From assembly GCF_009914755.1 (NCBI RefSeq), contig NC_060925.1: a DNA stretch of 64,000 bases. One strand, given 5' to 3'. The notes below the pieces were generated by a model. It made no database searches. It was not told the DNA's origin and was given only the letters and a program-made list of their open reading frames with translations. This DNA is from the human T2T-CHM13v2.0 reference genome, Homo sapiens. The translations under genes and the position numbers were made by a program. Below are positions 37,971-52,104 of this stretch, in pieces (position 1 is the stretch's first letter; every line of letters begins with the position of its first letter).

Positions 37971-39558
37971 ACATGAGAGTATTTTAAATGGAAGATATTT
38001 ATAATTGAGAAGATTTTTTGATAGGGAGGAGTGGTCACAGTGATATCTGACATATAATTAAGTCACTCAAGATGGAGGGAATTATTTGATTGATATGAGG
38101 TTTTTAAAATGTGAAATGCCTAAAGCCTCACTTGCTAGCTGAAATTGGAACATGTGTGTCCATCTCAGAAGGCATATTCCCTCAGAGGCTGTGGATAGGG
38201 CAGAGGAGGCAGGAAGGGCCCATACTTTCTTTAAAATACATAATGTGACATTATGAGAAGCAGCTGTATTTTCTGAGGGACAGGAGACTAAAATTGGTAT
38301 GGGATCCCCAGATAACTTTTCTGGGAGGTGGCCATTGACTATAGAGATTGCCTGCCACGAGCCCATAGACACAGGTACAAGAGGTTGTACGGTGGTTTTT
38401 CTTGGAAAAACCAACCAATTTTTTTAAATTTCTGGATACATTTCCGGTTTCATCTACTCATTCCCAGAGGGTCACTTTCTCAGTTTAGTATTTTACACCC
38501 TTCAAAATCTTGTAGACAGCTTCATCCTCATTATTCATAACACAGCCTCATCTCTTAGTCAAACTGTTCATCACAGGCTTTTTGCACTACATCTTTCACA
38601 GCACAAATCTGAAATTATACTTCAGAGATTGAGGGAGCACTTCAGAATCATGTGGGAATGTTGACTATAGGCAATGCCACAGAATCTACTCCCAGCAAAC
38701 GGGCCACCTTACCTGGCTGCCAGGTAGACCTGCCAACACACACGAAATATTTCTTGGAAAAATCATCTTCCAGTAATGCCTTTGGTTTCAATTTTTAAAT
38801 ATTTGATGTAAAAATGTTTCTTTATCTTGGCTAGAAACCCCTTCTCAATTTAGGATTCTCTGGAGAGAACAATCCAGGGAAAAGAGATGAGTTTAGAAAA
38901 ATCTAAGATCTCTATTTAAATCCTGGCTCTATCCAGGCTCTGATATGAAGCTAGGAATAGAAGTATAAAAGTCATCAGTTTATAAATAATCACTAAAGCC
39001 ATAGCACAAGATAAACACACTCATAAAAAGAGATAAAGTGAGAAGAGCAGAGGGCTCAGAACAGAACTCTTAGGAATACCAATATTTAAAAGTTGAGCAG
39101 AGTTGGAAGAGCTCAACATAGGAAATAGTAGACAAAGCTCTAGATTGACTACAAAGCCTTGCACAAGTGGCTATAGTTCCCATAGTTGGAGAGATTAATC
39201 AAAATTCTCTTAGGTATTTCAGAAATGTCTGATGGGGTCATTCATTTATTCATTCAACATACAGTTTTGGGAATCTGCAGAAAGAAATAAAATGCAAAAT
39301 GAACAACATCTTCAAATTCATTGTGTAACTATTATTTCAAAAAGAAGTTTTCAAAGGAATAGTCTAATTTGGCTGCCACCATAAAGTGAAAATATTTGGC
39401 TCAATTCTTTTAGGAGAAAGATGATGGAATTTATGTAACTTAGGAATAATCTGCAAGGAAAAAAACGGAACTTTCAGTAAATCTGCCTGATTCCAAGTTT
39501 GCTCTATAAAAAACAAATCTCCAAGTCTCAACAGGGCATACTCAGCTGCAAAGCCATC

Positions 39559-40222
39559 TGTATTCGTTTTCCATTGCTGTGTAACAAATTACCATAAACT
39601 TAGCAGTTTAAAATAACAGTCATTTATTAGTTCCCAATTCTATAGGTCAGAAATTCGGCATGATATGACTGGATTCTCTACTCAGAGTATCACAAAGATG
39701 AAATCAAGATATCAGCTGGGCTGGAGGCTCTAGAAGAAAAAAAATTCTGCTTCCAAGCACATTCTTGTTATTAGCAGAATTTAGTTCCTTGTGCTTGTAG
39801 AATGGAAGTACACATTTCCTTACTGTTTGCCAGATATTTGACTCTCTTAGAGGTCACCCAAATTTCTTGCTTCATGAATCTGCCCATCTTCAAGCCAATA
39901 ACAGCATGCTACATCCTTCTTGTGGTGCTTTGAATCTCTGACTTTCTCCATCTTTGACTTCCAGACCCAAATCTAAAGGACTCATGTGATTAGGTTAGGC
40001 ACACCTAGATAATATTCCTATTCAAGCATAATTGATTTGAGACCTTTTTGATGTTTGCAAAAATCAATTTTGCCATATAACCCAAAATAATCACAGAGAG
40101 TGATTTATCATCATATTCACAAATTCTACCCACACTCAAGGAAAGGAAATTATAAAGGAAGTATATACCATGGGAGAGGAGGGAGAGTCTTTTGGGAGCA
40201 TCTTAGAATTCGGCCTACCACA
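39559..40222 (-). mobile_element. MaLR solo LTR, MLT1E-like
   Basis: tgtattcgttttccattgctgtgtaacaaattaccataaacttagcagtttaaaa...tcttagaattcggcctaccaca. Confidence 0.85.
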
Positions 40223-43200
40223 CTGCCCTAAAGTAGCAAACACCAGGGCAGTCATACATTCAAAATTCACCTCAGGCACATCTGCCTTTTATGAAGTCCT
40301 TTTTGACCACCCCACCTGCAAACCCTGGTAGGAATAATTATTTCCAACTTTTGTTAAAACATGTGTAACCCTTTAGTACACTGACTTATTTACACAATTG
40401 TATTCCTTTATGGACTAGGGTCTCCTCAGAGGCAGAGACTGAGTGTGATTTGCTACTATACCTTCAGTGCCGATTATAAGAATTGGTACAGAACAGGTGT
40501 TCAAAGACAATTGTAGAGTAAAGGAAAAAATTACCTCACCCATTGGGGAACCTGAATACTGCTGTTTTTAGAAAGAAAAAAAATAGAACTACATTTGGTA
40601 GAGAAGGTTAGGATGGCTGAACAAGTGAGTGCAAAAAAGTATTGAGATCCATACATATACAATATTAGACAGAACTTTGGATCACATCCTCTTTTTTTCT
40701 CTCCTTTTGCCCAATACTAAACCTTCACCCAATGTTCTGGATTCCAGTTGGTCCAGTTTCCACCAGGACCTCCCTCTATCTAATTGTATACCCTCTCTCC
40801 CACAATTTTCAATTACATGACCTCCACTGGTTCCTTCACAGCAGTATTAAAACGTTCGGATTTCTCTTCAGCCCAAATCTGTTTTATTATGCTTCTGGCT
40901 CAAGGCAGAGTCCATTTCCTCCATCCCAGCTAACACCGTTTTACTATACTTATCTGGACTAATTGGTGTCCCTGTCCCCAGTCTTGCCCTACTCCAATCC
41001 ATACTTCATATCAATGCTAGAGTGAATTGGAAAATATTAATAAGGATATCATACTGTGCTTAAAACTCTTTAATATATTCCCATCACTTAGTGGGTCAAG
41101 GTCAAACTCCTTAATAAGGCATTTGAAACCTTGTCGAATCTGTGTTTCTGGATATTTTCTGTTATTTTCCCATCAGTCACTCCTTCTCCCACACCCACCT
41201 GATGATTACATGGGGGTTCAATAGTCTCTTAGCACACAGTACATGCTTTTACCATCTTCTATATATTTCTCATTTTCTACATTTTTATATTACCATCTTC
41301 TATATCTTTCTCATTTCATCTACCTGAGATGTTCTGCCCTGATACTCTAATAGACAGAATTAATTGTTGTTACTTCATTCTTATGACTCTTATTTTAGCA
41401 CTTCTCACATAAAACATGTTTCCTCTTCTGACTATGAGCTCTCTGACTATAGACTAAAGATTAGTTCCCAGAAAAAAACAGGATAAGGATCCCCTAAAGG
41501 AATTATCATTCATGCCTTCATTCCTTTCCCAAGAGTTTCCTGAGTGTCTTTTCTGTGTGAGGCACTGTGCTGTGTGTGTGTAGGAGACATAGGGGAAAGC
41601 CCTGCTAAGGTGGTCACTGGCAGGCACTTATTTTTACCATCCCTTCTGCCACTAATATAGTCAGGCACATAGTAGATGCTCATGCCAGAAAAATATAGTT
41701 TAAAATGAATTAGTTCTTCCATTGTTATGTGTGTATCCACAGCATCTACCAGTGAACCAGGCAAGGGGAAGTGCTTAATAAATGTTTATGAATGAAAGGC
41801 AAATGACTGATCCTACACAGATGGAATGAGGTGACTAAGGTCATGCCACTAAACAAAACTTCTTCTTCTTCTAAAGGGGTATTAACCATACAATGTCACC
41901 ATTCATTAACAAATTCTTTAAGATCTGATTTTTAAATAGTGTTATATCCTTGCTAAGCCATTAACAATGGGAAAATAAAACTGTTAAATTCCAATCAGAA
42001 GTTTGCAAATATTATGCCACAAATATCCTCTATAATGACTCTTTCACAGACAGCAGATGTACCCCAGATTTAATAGAACTACCCAGCTACCAAGTTATGG
42101 TATGATATGGCACCTGGCAAAGACACTTTTCCAGAAATATTCCTAAATAAGAGCCTCAGCCCTCTCTATTCAACCCTACTTCATCCCCTTCAATCAACTT
42201 TTAGCTAAAAGCAAGGAAAACAATAAAATAAATACAATAGAATCTTTCTCATGCTCTCAAGGCAATAAAGTTAATGATATGTTGCTACTAAAATTTCTCA
42301 TTTTCTTTTATGTCAGAGTTTGACCATAAATGAAACAATGAAAAAAGTTACAGCCTCCTCAAATGTGCCCAATCAGATAAAGAACATTTAATTAATATAA
42401 CTTGATAGAAGGTTTAAAAATTTCTCAAACCTTTTACATAGAATCAGAGAGGAGGTAATGAATATTAAACTCAGAGCCGTGTATTTTACAGATAACAGAA
42501 TCAATTGGGACCTATGAGAAGACAGCTTTTTCCAATATTATAAAATAAATGGAAGGCAGATCTAAGCAAGAGGCCAAGTGTCCTGCCTCTCACATTGATT
42601 CCTTTCAGCTTTCTAAATTTCTAAATTCTGGTAATAGAACATGACCAGTCCATGGGCATTCCAAAATTCATTAGTGATTTTAAAATTTATCCGGAGCTAT
42701 TTATTCCAGTACCCCCATTCAAAGCAGCCAGCATGGAGGAATAATTTGAGAAAAAAACTAAATCCTAAAATGCAGGTTTCTTGAAGCTGCTGGAGATGTG
42801 AAATTCAGGAGATGGAATTTTTAAGGAAAAACTACAACTTGTGACAGAAGGCAAAGAAAGCTTAACAATCAGACAACGATATTCCATAACCTGAGGAAAA
42901 AGAAGGGAACCAGCAGAGCATTGAGATGGCAAACAGAAACAAAATAAACTCCTGGAGAAGTTGTTCAATTGCACAGATACTATTTATGGTTCCCCAAGTT
43001 TACTGAATGAAGTTAAAAGGAAGCTGACTCCAAGTCAGTGCTGGGAAGTACCTTCATACCAAGAGCGGCCAAATGTGGAACAGGCTTCCTTGTGAAGTCA
43101 GGATTTCCCTATAATTGAAGATAACCAGGCAGAGGCTGGGCAATACAGAGGAGATTCTATGTGGTGCTAAAGGCTTTATGAATATATTCTATGCTTTCCT

Positions 43201-43619
43201 GTATTCTTTTCAACTTTGAGATTCTGTTCTTCCATGGTAGAAGTTTAACACTAAGAGAAAATTTGGGCTGGGATTGAGGAGTTTTCTTGAGTCCTTCAAA
43301 TTATACTACATAATTAACTGCCTACATTGTCCCTTCAAATGAATTTAATTTCAATTCATTAAGTACTTAAGGGAGTATGTACAATATTTTCTGAATGCTA
43401 GGGTGAGGGTTGGTAAGGGTTACAGAAGTGAGTATAACGTGGTCCTTGTCATTAGGTGAGTCTCATAAGTCTCATAAGTTAGTGTCCAGCTACACAATGG
43501 AGACCAGTGTGGTTGTTCTATATACATGATGTTACTAAAGCCACAGTAACTTGCTAAAATAGTATGGCATGCCTTAATAAGTATGAATTTACTGTCTTGC
43601 TATGCAAACATTTATAATC

Positions 43620-44740
43620 ATATTCACCAAGTTTATTGAATTGTTTCTCTGGGCCGGACTCTGAACTAAGATATTTTCTATCACTATCAACCCTCTATAG
43701 TAGGTAATATTATTACTCTATTTTAAAGAGAGGTTAAGTAACTTTTCCTAGATCATCTAGCTAAAAGGTGGTTACAAACACAGGCAGCCTGATATCAAAG
43801 CTTTTGTGCTTAATCACTGCTTAGTCACTGCATTTATCTCCAAATCTATGTACATATGTATGTATGTATGAAAAGTATGTATATATGTTTACCTGATGTC
43901 ATGAAGTACAGAGAGGAGAGCACAGAATTCAGACATAGGCAAAATTAAGTGTCTGTTAAAACTTCTCTACTTACTATTTCTGTGACCTTGAGAAAATCAA
44001 GTAATATCTCTTACTTTGGATTACCTCATCTATAAAGCTGGGGTGAAAATATTTGTCTAACGGTTAAAATGAAGTGGCATTTTAAAAAGCACTTTGTAAA
44101 ATATATAGCACTATAGAAATTAGTTATTGTTATTTTGGCTGATCATAATTTTACCACCTTAATTCTAGCACTCTCTCTAGATTCTCTTAAATTCAACATC
44201 TAACATAAATTCCAAACTGAACAATTTCCTTACCATCTCCATTGCTTCTCCTCTAGTCCAGGTTACTATCTTTTCTTTCATAGAATGCTGAAACAGTCCC
44301 CAAATTGACCTCTCTATGCTACTGTTGTCCCACTTATAGTGCATTATAAATCAGCTTATGTCTAGTTTCACATTATGTTTAGAGGAAAATCCACATTCCT
44401 TGCTATGGCCTAAAAGGCTTCATATTATCTAGCCATCTCTTATATTCTTATCTGCCAGTCTCTTATACCTCATCTCCTGCTACCTTCCCTTTGCTCATTG
44501 TGTTCAACCACACTTACCTCACTGTTTTTGAACACATCAAACTTTTACCTCCCAAGGTCTTGGTACTGGCTATACTCTCTGCATACATTCTTTCTAAAAT
44601 AGTTCCCTTTCCCTTACTTAACCAGTTATTATTTCTACCTTACTTTTTCTTTTCTTTGCAGCATTGTCTATAGATAATGAGGGCAAGAACTTTGATTTAT
44701 TCACTACTACATCTCCAACTTCCAAGAGAGCCTACTGGCT
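43620..44740. mobile_element. MIR(-), MIR(+) and L2(+) fragments
   Basis: agagaggttaagtaactt; tgtgaccttgagaaaatc...cctcatctataaa; aaaatccacattccttgctatggcctaaaaggc. Ends approximate. Confidence 0.6.
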
Positions 44741-45261
44741 AACATTCAAATCACACATTATCAATCAATCAAAGTAAAGATAAAAATACTGGAGTCCTGC
44801 TTTTCTTTTAAATGAGCTTCCCGCCCTTTCTGCTCACACCTTCATCTTCCAAGTCTTTAATTTGGAAGTCAACTCAGTAAGCACCAGATAGTGTTGAGTG
44901 AGTGTTGAAACTCAGGCTAGGGATACTCCCTTCATCTTGGAGAGGAACTCTCTCAAAATCAGGCCTAGAAATAGAATTTAAACAGAGCCTTGTCAGGCCT
45001 TCTTTACTTCCTGCAAACCTACATTTGATCAGGATTTTAGACCATGAATCATTGTATGCACGAACAGCTGCAAGGCCCTCTGGCCATCCATTTCTAGAGG
45101 TTCAAGAGGCTCTTTGAGAGCCTTTGTTTAATGAAGCATATTTTACTTTTGATTTATTACAACTACCCCAAGTGTCCTGGCTTGAAATTTTAAGGCATTA
45201 GTGTCAGTTATTACATTATAAGTAGTTTCCATCATTTATTTATTTTTCCTGTGTGAGGCAA

Positions 45262-48200
45262 TTTATTTATTTTAAATTTATTTTTTATTTCAACAGGTTT
45301 CTGGTAACACATGGTGTTTGCTTATATGAATGTTATTGAGTGTCAATTTCCGAGATTTTGGTGCACCCATCACCCAAGCATTGTACACTGTATCCAATGT
45401 GGAGTCTTTTATCCCTCGCCCCGCTCCTACCCTTTCCTCTGAGCCCCGAAGTCCATTGTATCATTTTTATGCCTTTGCATCCTCATAACTTAGCTCCCAA
45501 TTATGAGCGAGAACATACGATGTTTGGTTTTCCATTCCTGAGTTACTTCACTTAGAATAATAGTCTCCAATTCCATCTGGTTTGCTGTGAATACCACTAT
45601 TTTGTTTCTTTTTATGGCTGAGTAATATTCCATGCTATATATATATACCACATTTTCTTTATCCACTCATTGATTGATGAGCATTTGGGCTGGTTCCATA
45701 TTTCTGCAATTGCAAATTATGCTCTATAAACATGCATGTGCAAGTATCATTTTCTTATTATGACTTCTCTTCCTCTGGGTAGATACCTAGTAGTGGGATT
45801 GCTGGATCATATGGTAAACCTACTTTTAGTTCTTTAAGGTCTTTAACAGTGTTTTCCATAGTGGTTGTACTAGTTTACATTCCCAACTACAGTGTAAAAG
45901 TGTCCCCTTTTCACCACATCCATGTCAACATCTATTATTTTTTGATTTTTTGATTATGGCCATTCTTGCAGGAGTGAGATAGTATCGCATTGTGGTTTTG
46001 ACCTGCATTTCCCTGATAATTGATGAGGTTGAGCATTTTTCCATATGCTCATTAACCATTTGTATATCTTCTTTTGAGAATTGTCTATTCATTATCTCAG
46101 CCCAGATTGTTTTTGTTCTTGCTGATTTGTTTGAATTCTATGTATATTCTGGATATTAGCCCTTTGTTGGATGTACAGACTGTGAACATTTTCTCCCACT
46201 CTGTGAGTTGTCTGTTAACTCTGCTGATTATTTCTTTTGCTGTGCAGAAGCTTTTAAGTTTAACTCGGTTCCATCTTTTTATCTTTGTTTTTGTTGCATT
46301 TGCTTTTGGGTTCTTGGTCACAAAATCTTTGCCTAAGTCACTGTCTAGAAGGGTTTTTCTGATGCTATCTTCCAAAATTTTTATAGTTTCAGGTCTTAGA
46401 TTTAAGTCTTTGATCCATCTTTAGTTTATTTTTGTACAAGGTGAGACATAAGGATCCAGTTTCATTCTTCTCAAGTGGCTTGCCAATTATCCCAGCACCG
46501 TTTGTTGAATAGGGTGTCCTTTCCCCACTTTATGTTTTTGTTTGCTTTACCAAAGATAAATTGACGGTAAGTATTTGGTTTTATTTCTGGCTTCTCTGTT
46601 CTGTACCATTGATCTGTGTGCCTATTTTTATACCTCTACCATGCTGTTTTGGTGACTATGACCTTATAGTTTAGGGTGAAGTCAGGTAAAGTGATGCCTC
46701 CAGATTTGTTCTTTTTGCTTAGTCTTGTTTTTGGCTCGTTTTTGGCTCCATATGAATTTTAGGATTGTTTTTACGGGTTCTGTGAATAATGATGGTAGAA
46801 TTTTGATGGAAATTGCATTGAATTGTAGATTGCTTTTGGCAGTATGGTCTCTTTCACAATATTGATTGTACCCATCAATTAGCATGGAATGTGTTTCCAC
46901 TTGTTTGTGTCATCTATGACTTTTTTCAGCAGTGTTTTGTAATTTTCCTTACAGAGGTCTTTCACCTCCTTGTTTAGGTATATTCCTAAGTATTTTATTT
47001 TATTTTTTGCTATTGTTAAAGGGGTTGAATTTTTAATTTAATTCTCAGCTTGGTCACTGTTGCTGTATAGCAGTGCTACTAATTTGTGTGCACTAATTTG
47101 GTATCCTGAAACTTTACTGAATTCATTTATCAGGTCTAGGTATTTTTTTAGATGAGTCTTTAGGATTTTCTAGGTATACAATCATATTATCAGCAAGCAG
47201 TGACAATCTGACTTCCTCTTTACTGATCTGGATGCCTTTTACTTCCTTCTCTTGTGTGATTGCTCTGACTAGGACATCCAATGCTTTGCTGAATAGAAGT
47301 GGTGAAAGTGGGCATCCTTGTCTTGTTCCAGTTCTCAGGGAGAATGCTTTCAATTTTTCCCTGTTCAGTACAATGCTAGCTGTGTGTTTGTCATGAATGG
47401 CTCTTATTACCTTAAGGTATGTCCTTTCTATATCGATTTTGTTGAGGGATGCTGGATTTAATCATAAAGGGATGGTGGATTTTGTCAAATGCTTTTTCTG
47501 TGTCTATTGAGATGATCAGGTGATTTTTGTTTTTAATTGTGTTAATGTGGTGTATCACATTTATTGACTTGCAGATGTTAAACCATCCCTGCATCCCTGG
47601 TATGAAAGCCACTTGATCATGGAGGATTATCTTTTTGTTTTGTTGTTGGATTCAGTTAGCGAATATTTTGTTGAGGATTTTTGAATCTATGTTCATCAGG
47701 GATATTGGCTCCTTCCTTCCTTCCTTCCTCTTTTCTTTCTTTCTCTTTCTTTCCTTTTCTTTTATTTCTTGTTAATTGCTTCTTTCGTTTTGGTATTAGG
47801 GTGATACTGGCTTCATAGAATGATTTAAGAAGCATTTTCTCTTTCTCTAGCCTGTGGAATAGTGTCAGTAGGATTGGTACCAATTCTTATTTGAATGTCT
47901 GATAGAATTCAGCTGTGAATCTATCTGGTCCTGAACTTCTTTTGGTTTGGCAATTTTTAAATTACCATTTCAATCTCGCTACTTGTAATTGGTCTATTCA
48001 GAGTTTCTATATCTTCCTGGTTTAATCTAGGAGGGTTGTATATTTCCAGGAATTTATCTATCTTCTCTAGGTTTTCTAGTTTATGTGCATAAAAGTGTGC
48101 ATAGTAGCCTTTAATAATCTTTTTTATTTCTGTTGTATCAGTAGTAGTATCTCCCATTTCATTTCTAACTGAGCTTTTGTATTTCTGCTGCATCAGTAGT

Positions 48201-50190
48201 AGTATCTCCCATTTCGTTTCTAACTGAGATTTTTTTTGGATCTTCTCTCTTCTTTTCTTGGTTAATCTTGCTAGGTCTACCAATTTCATCATCTTTTCAA
48301 AGAACCAGCTTTTTGTCTCATTTATTTCTTGTATTTCTTGTTTGTTTCCTTCAATTTCATTTAGTTCTGCTCTGATCTTTGTTCTTTTCTTCTGCTGGCT
48401 TTGGGTTTGGATTGTTCTTGTTTCCCCAGTTCTGTGAGGTGTGACCTTAGAAAGTCTATTTGTGCTCTTTCAGACTTTTTGATGTAGGTATTTATTGCTA
48501 TGAATAGTTCTCTTGGCACTGCTTTTGCTACATCCCAGAGGTTTTGATAGGTTGTGTCACTATTATCTTTCAATTCAAATAATTTTTTAAATTTCCATCT
48601 TGATTTTATGGTTGACTCAATGATCATGCAGGAACAGGTTACTTATCCAATTTTATTGCACTGTGGTCTGAGAGAGTACTTGATACAATTTTGATTTTCT
48701 TAAATTTACTGAGACTTGTTTTGTGCCCTATCATATGGTCCATCTTGGAGTATGTTTCATGTGCTGATTAATAGAATGTGTATTCTGCACTTGTTAGGTA
48801 GAATGTTCTGTAAATATCTGTTAAGTCCATTTGTTTCTTTGTTGACTTTCTGTCTTGATGACCTATATAGTGCTGTCAGTGGAGTATTAAAGTTCCCCAC
48901 TATTACGGTGTTGCTATCTACCTCATTTCTTAGGTCTAGTAGTAATTATTTTATAACTTTGAGAGCTCTAGTGTTAGGTGCATATGTATTTAGGATTGTG
49001 ATATTTTCCTTTTGGGTTAGTCCTTTTATCGTTATATGATGTCCCTCTTTGCCTTCTTTAACTACTGTTGTTTTCAAGTTTTTTTGTCTGATATAAGAAT
49101 AGCTATCCCTGTTCACATTTGGTATCCATTTACATGGAATATCTTTTTCCAGCCCTTTTCCTTAGATTTATGTGAGTCCTCATGTGTTAGGTGAGTCTCG
49201 TGAAGATAGTGGAAACTTGGTTGGTGAATTCTTATCCATTTTGCCATTTTGTATTGGCATTTTAATTGAAGCATGTAGGCCACTTACATTCAACGTTAGG
49301 ATTGAGATGTGAGGTGCTATTCTATTCATCATGCTATTTGTTGCCCAAATACCTTGTTTTTTTCTTTTCATTGTGTTATTATTATATAGGTCCTGTGAGA
49401 TTCATGCTTTAAGGAGGTTCTATTTTGGTGTATTTTGAGGATTTGTTTCAAGACTTAGAGTTCTTTTTAGCATTTCTTGTAGTGCTGTCTTGGGAGTGGT
49501 GAATACTCTCAGCATCTATTTATCTGGAAGACTGTATCTTTCCTTCATTTATGAAGCTTAGTTTCACTGCATACAAAATTCTTGGCTAATAATTGTTTTG
49601 TTTTAGGAGGCTAAAAATAGGACCCCAATCCATTCTAGTTTGCAGGGTTTCTGCTGAGAAATCTGCTGTTAATCTGACAGGTTTTCCTTTGTAGGGTACC
49701 TGACGTTTTTGTCTCATAGCTCTTAAGATTCTTTCCTTCATCTTGACTTTAGATAGCCTGATGACTATGTGCCTAGGTGATGATGTTTTTGCAACAAATA
49801 TCCCAGGTGTTCTTTGAGGTTCTTGTATTTGGATGTCTAGATCTCTAGCAAGGCTGGGGAAGTTTTCCTTGATTATTCCCTCAAATATAATGTTTTCCAG
49901 ACTTTTAGATTTCTCTTCTTCCTCAAGAACACCAATTATTCTTAGGTTTGGATGCTTAACATAGTCCCAAACTTCTTGCAGGCTTTGTTCATTTAAAATT
50001 CTTTTTTTGTCTTTGATGGACTGGATTAATTAAAAAAGCTTGTCTTCAAGCTTTGAAGTTTTTCTTCTGCTTGTATGATTCTATTGCTGAGAATTTCCAG
50101 TGCATTTTGCATTTCTCTAAGTGTCTCCTTGATTTCCGGAAGTTGTGATTTTTTTTTTATTTATGCGATCTATTTCACTGAAGAATTTTC
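45262..50190 (-). mobile_element. L1PB-type LINE: 3' UTR, whole ORF2, part of ORF1 (degenerate)
   Basis: L1PB-type 3' end (gagattttggtgcacccatcaccc); RT motifs [10 protein letters not shown] and LLADNMI (47123-47353); EN start ISILTLNVSGL (49180-49371). Confidence 0.92.
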
Positions 50191-50192
50191 CT

Positions 50193-50758
50193 TTCTTTTT
50201 TTTTTATTATACTTTAAGTTCTGGGGTACATGTGCACCACATCTGCCATGATGGTTTGCTATACCCATCAACTCTTCATTTACATTAGGTATTTCTCCTA
50301 ATGCTATCCCTCCCCCAGCCCCCCACCCTACCAACAGGCCCCAGTGTGTGATGTTCCCCTCCCTGTGTCCATGTGTTCTCATTGTTCAACTCCCACTTAT
50401 AAGTGAGAACATGCGGTGTTTGATTTTCTCTTCTTGTGTTACTTTGCTGAGAAGGATGGTTTCCAGTTTCATCCAAGTCCCTGCAAACAACATAAACTCA
50501 TCCTCTTTTATGGCTCCATAGTATTCCATTATGTATACGTGTCACATTTTCTTTATCCAGTCTATCATTGATGGGCATTTGGGTTGGTTCCAAGACTTTG
50601 CTATTGTGAACAATGCTGCAATAAACATACATGTGCATGTGTCTTTATAGTAGAATGATTTATAATACTTTGGGTATATACCCAGTAATGGGATTGCTAG
50701 GTCAAATGGTATTTCTAGTTCTAGATCCTTGAGGAATCACCACACCATCTTCCACAAT
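50193..50758 (-). mobile_element. L1PA 3' end, 5'-truncated
   Basis: ttttttattatactttaagttctggggtacatgtgc...ccaacaggccccagtgtgtgatgttcccc. Confidence 0.92.
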
Positions 50759-51979
50759 ATTAGCTGTGTGACTTTGTACTAGTCATTTTCTGTTTCTGAG
50801 TCTCAATTTCCTTGTCTATATAATCAGGCATTTGGGCTAGATGAATGCTAAGGCTATTTCCAGTTCAAACATTCAATGATAATAGCTCATTGAAGGCAGA
50901 GACTACTTCTTTATTCATCTTTGTATCTTCACTGCCTGGTAGGTAGCATGTATTAAGTATTTATTTACTGTGCATTTGAACTAAACGTAAGTATAGAACT
51001 GTAGAGCAGAAAGAATAGAAAAGAAGCACCATCTTAATATAACTTAGGGAGATAGAATCAATAAGACTTGGTGACAGATTGGTAGGAGAGTGAGGAACCA
51101 CACTGACCACATTGAAATGAAATACAGACCAGCTGACCAGACTCCAGCAAGATGAACCATCAGTGACTAAATGACTGTTGGTGTATCCTTAGAAAAATAA
51201 GCTTAAATAATTTGGGCTATTTATTAGGGAGAAGAGAATTCTCAAAGGGAAATGGATCAGCTGCCACAAGCTCTTCATTCAAAAAATAGCTTAAAGCTTG
51301 GATTAAAAGCATTAAAGACTATTTCATGTCACTTTGGAATATCCCAATTTTTCTGATGTTACAGGGTTACAAATGTTGAAGTCATGGGCTTTGGCTATAT
51401 TGTTTCTAAGAGAGGAGGACATAATGTTACTTAGAACTGAGAAAGACCTGATAACCTGATAATTATAATTTCAGAACTTAAGTGAGTGATAGTCTGTTGG
51501 AGAATTTTTGTGCTGTTTTTCATGTCAAGGACATCTGGGACATATAAACCTCAAGATCCCCAAGATATTTCGGAGGTTTATGGCAATAAGGTTACTTGAA
51601 ATGGACTATTCTGAGATATCTAGGTAAAATAAAGACTAGGGAGATCATTTATTCTAATCCTGTCATTTGACTAATAAGAAAATGGGGAAAGTTGTCTAAG
51701 GTTACACATTGAGTTAATGGCAGAGCTGCTATTGAATAAGTTAAAAAGAAAGGAAACTAATGTTCTTTGAACTTCCATGGGCCAGGACCTTTACATGTAT
51801 TATCTCAATTAATGCAATATACATAGGACATAGGTGTAATAGCTTCATTTTATAGATGGAAAAATAGATGTAGTTATTTGCTTGCCCACGGTTGTATTAA
51901 GTTTCAGAGTCAGGATTGGACCCCAAATTGACTTGACTCTAGCCCATGCCTGACACTCTGCTACCTTGCCATTATTATG

Positions 51980-52104
51980 GAGAACATATATACCCTGGTT
52001 TTCCAGAGACAGTCCTAGTTTATGCAAGTTATCCAGGAATAATTATCAATAGTACTCTTCCACTTAAAAATTTCAGGTTTGGAAGATAAATTTATGACCG
52101 ACCA
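51980..52104. mobile_element. MER94-like hAT fragment
   Basis: ccctggttttccagagacagtcctagtttatgc...gtttggaagataaatttatg. Confidence 0.55.
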
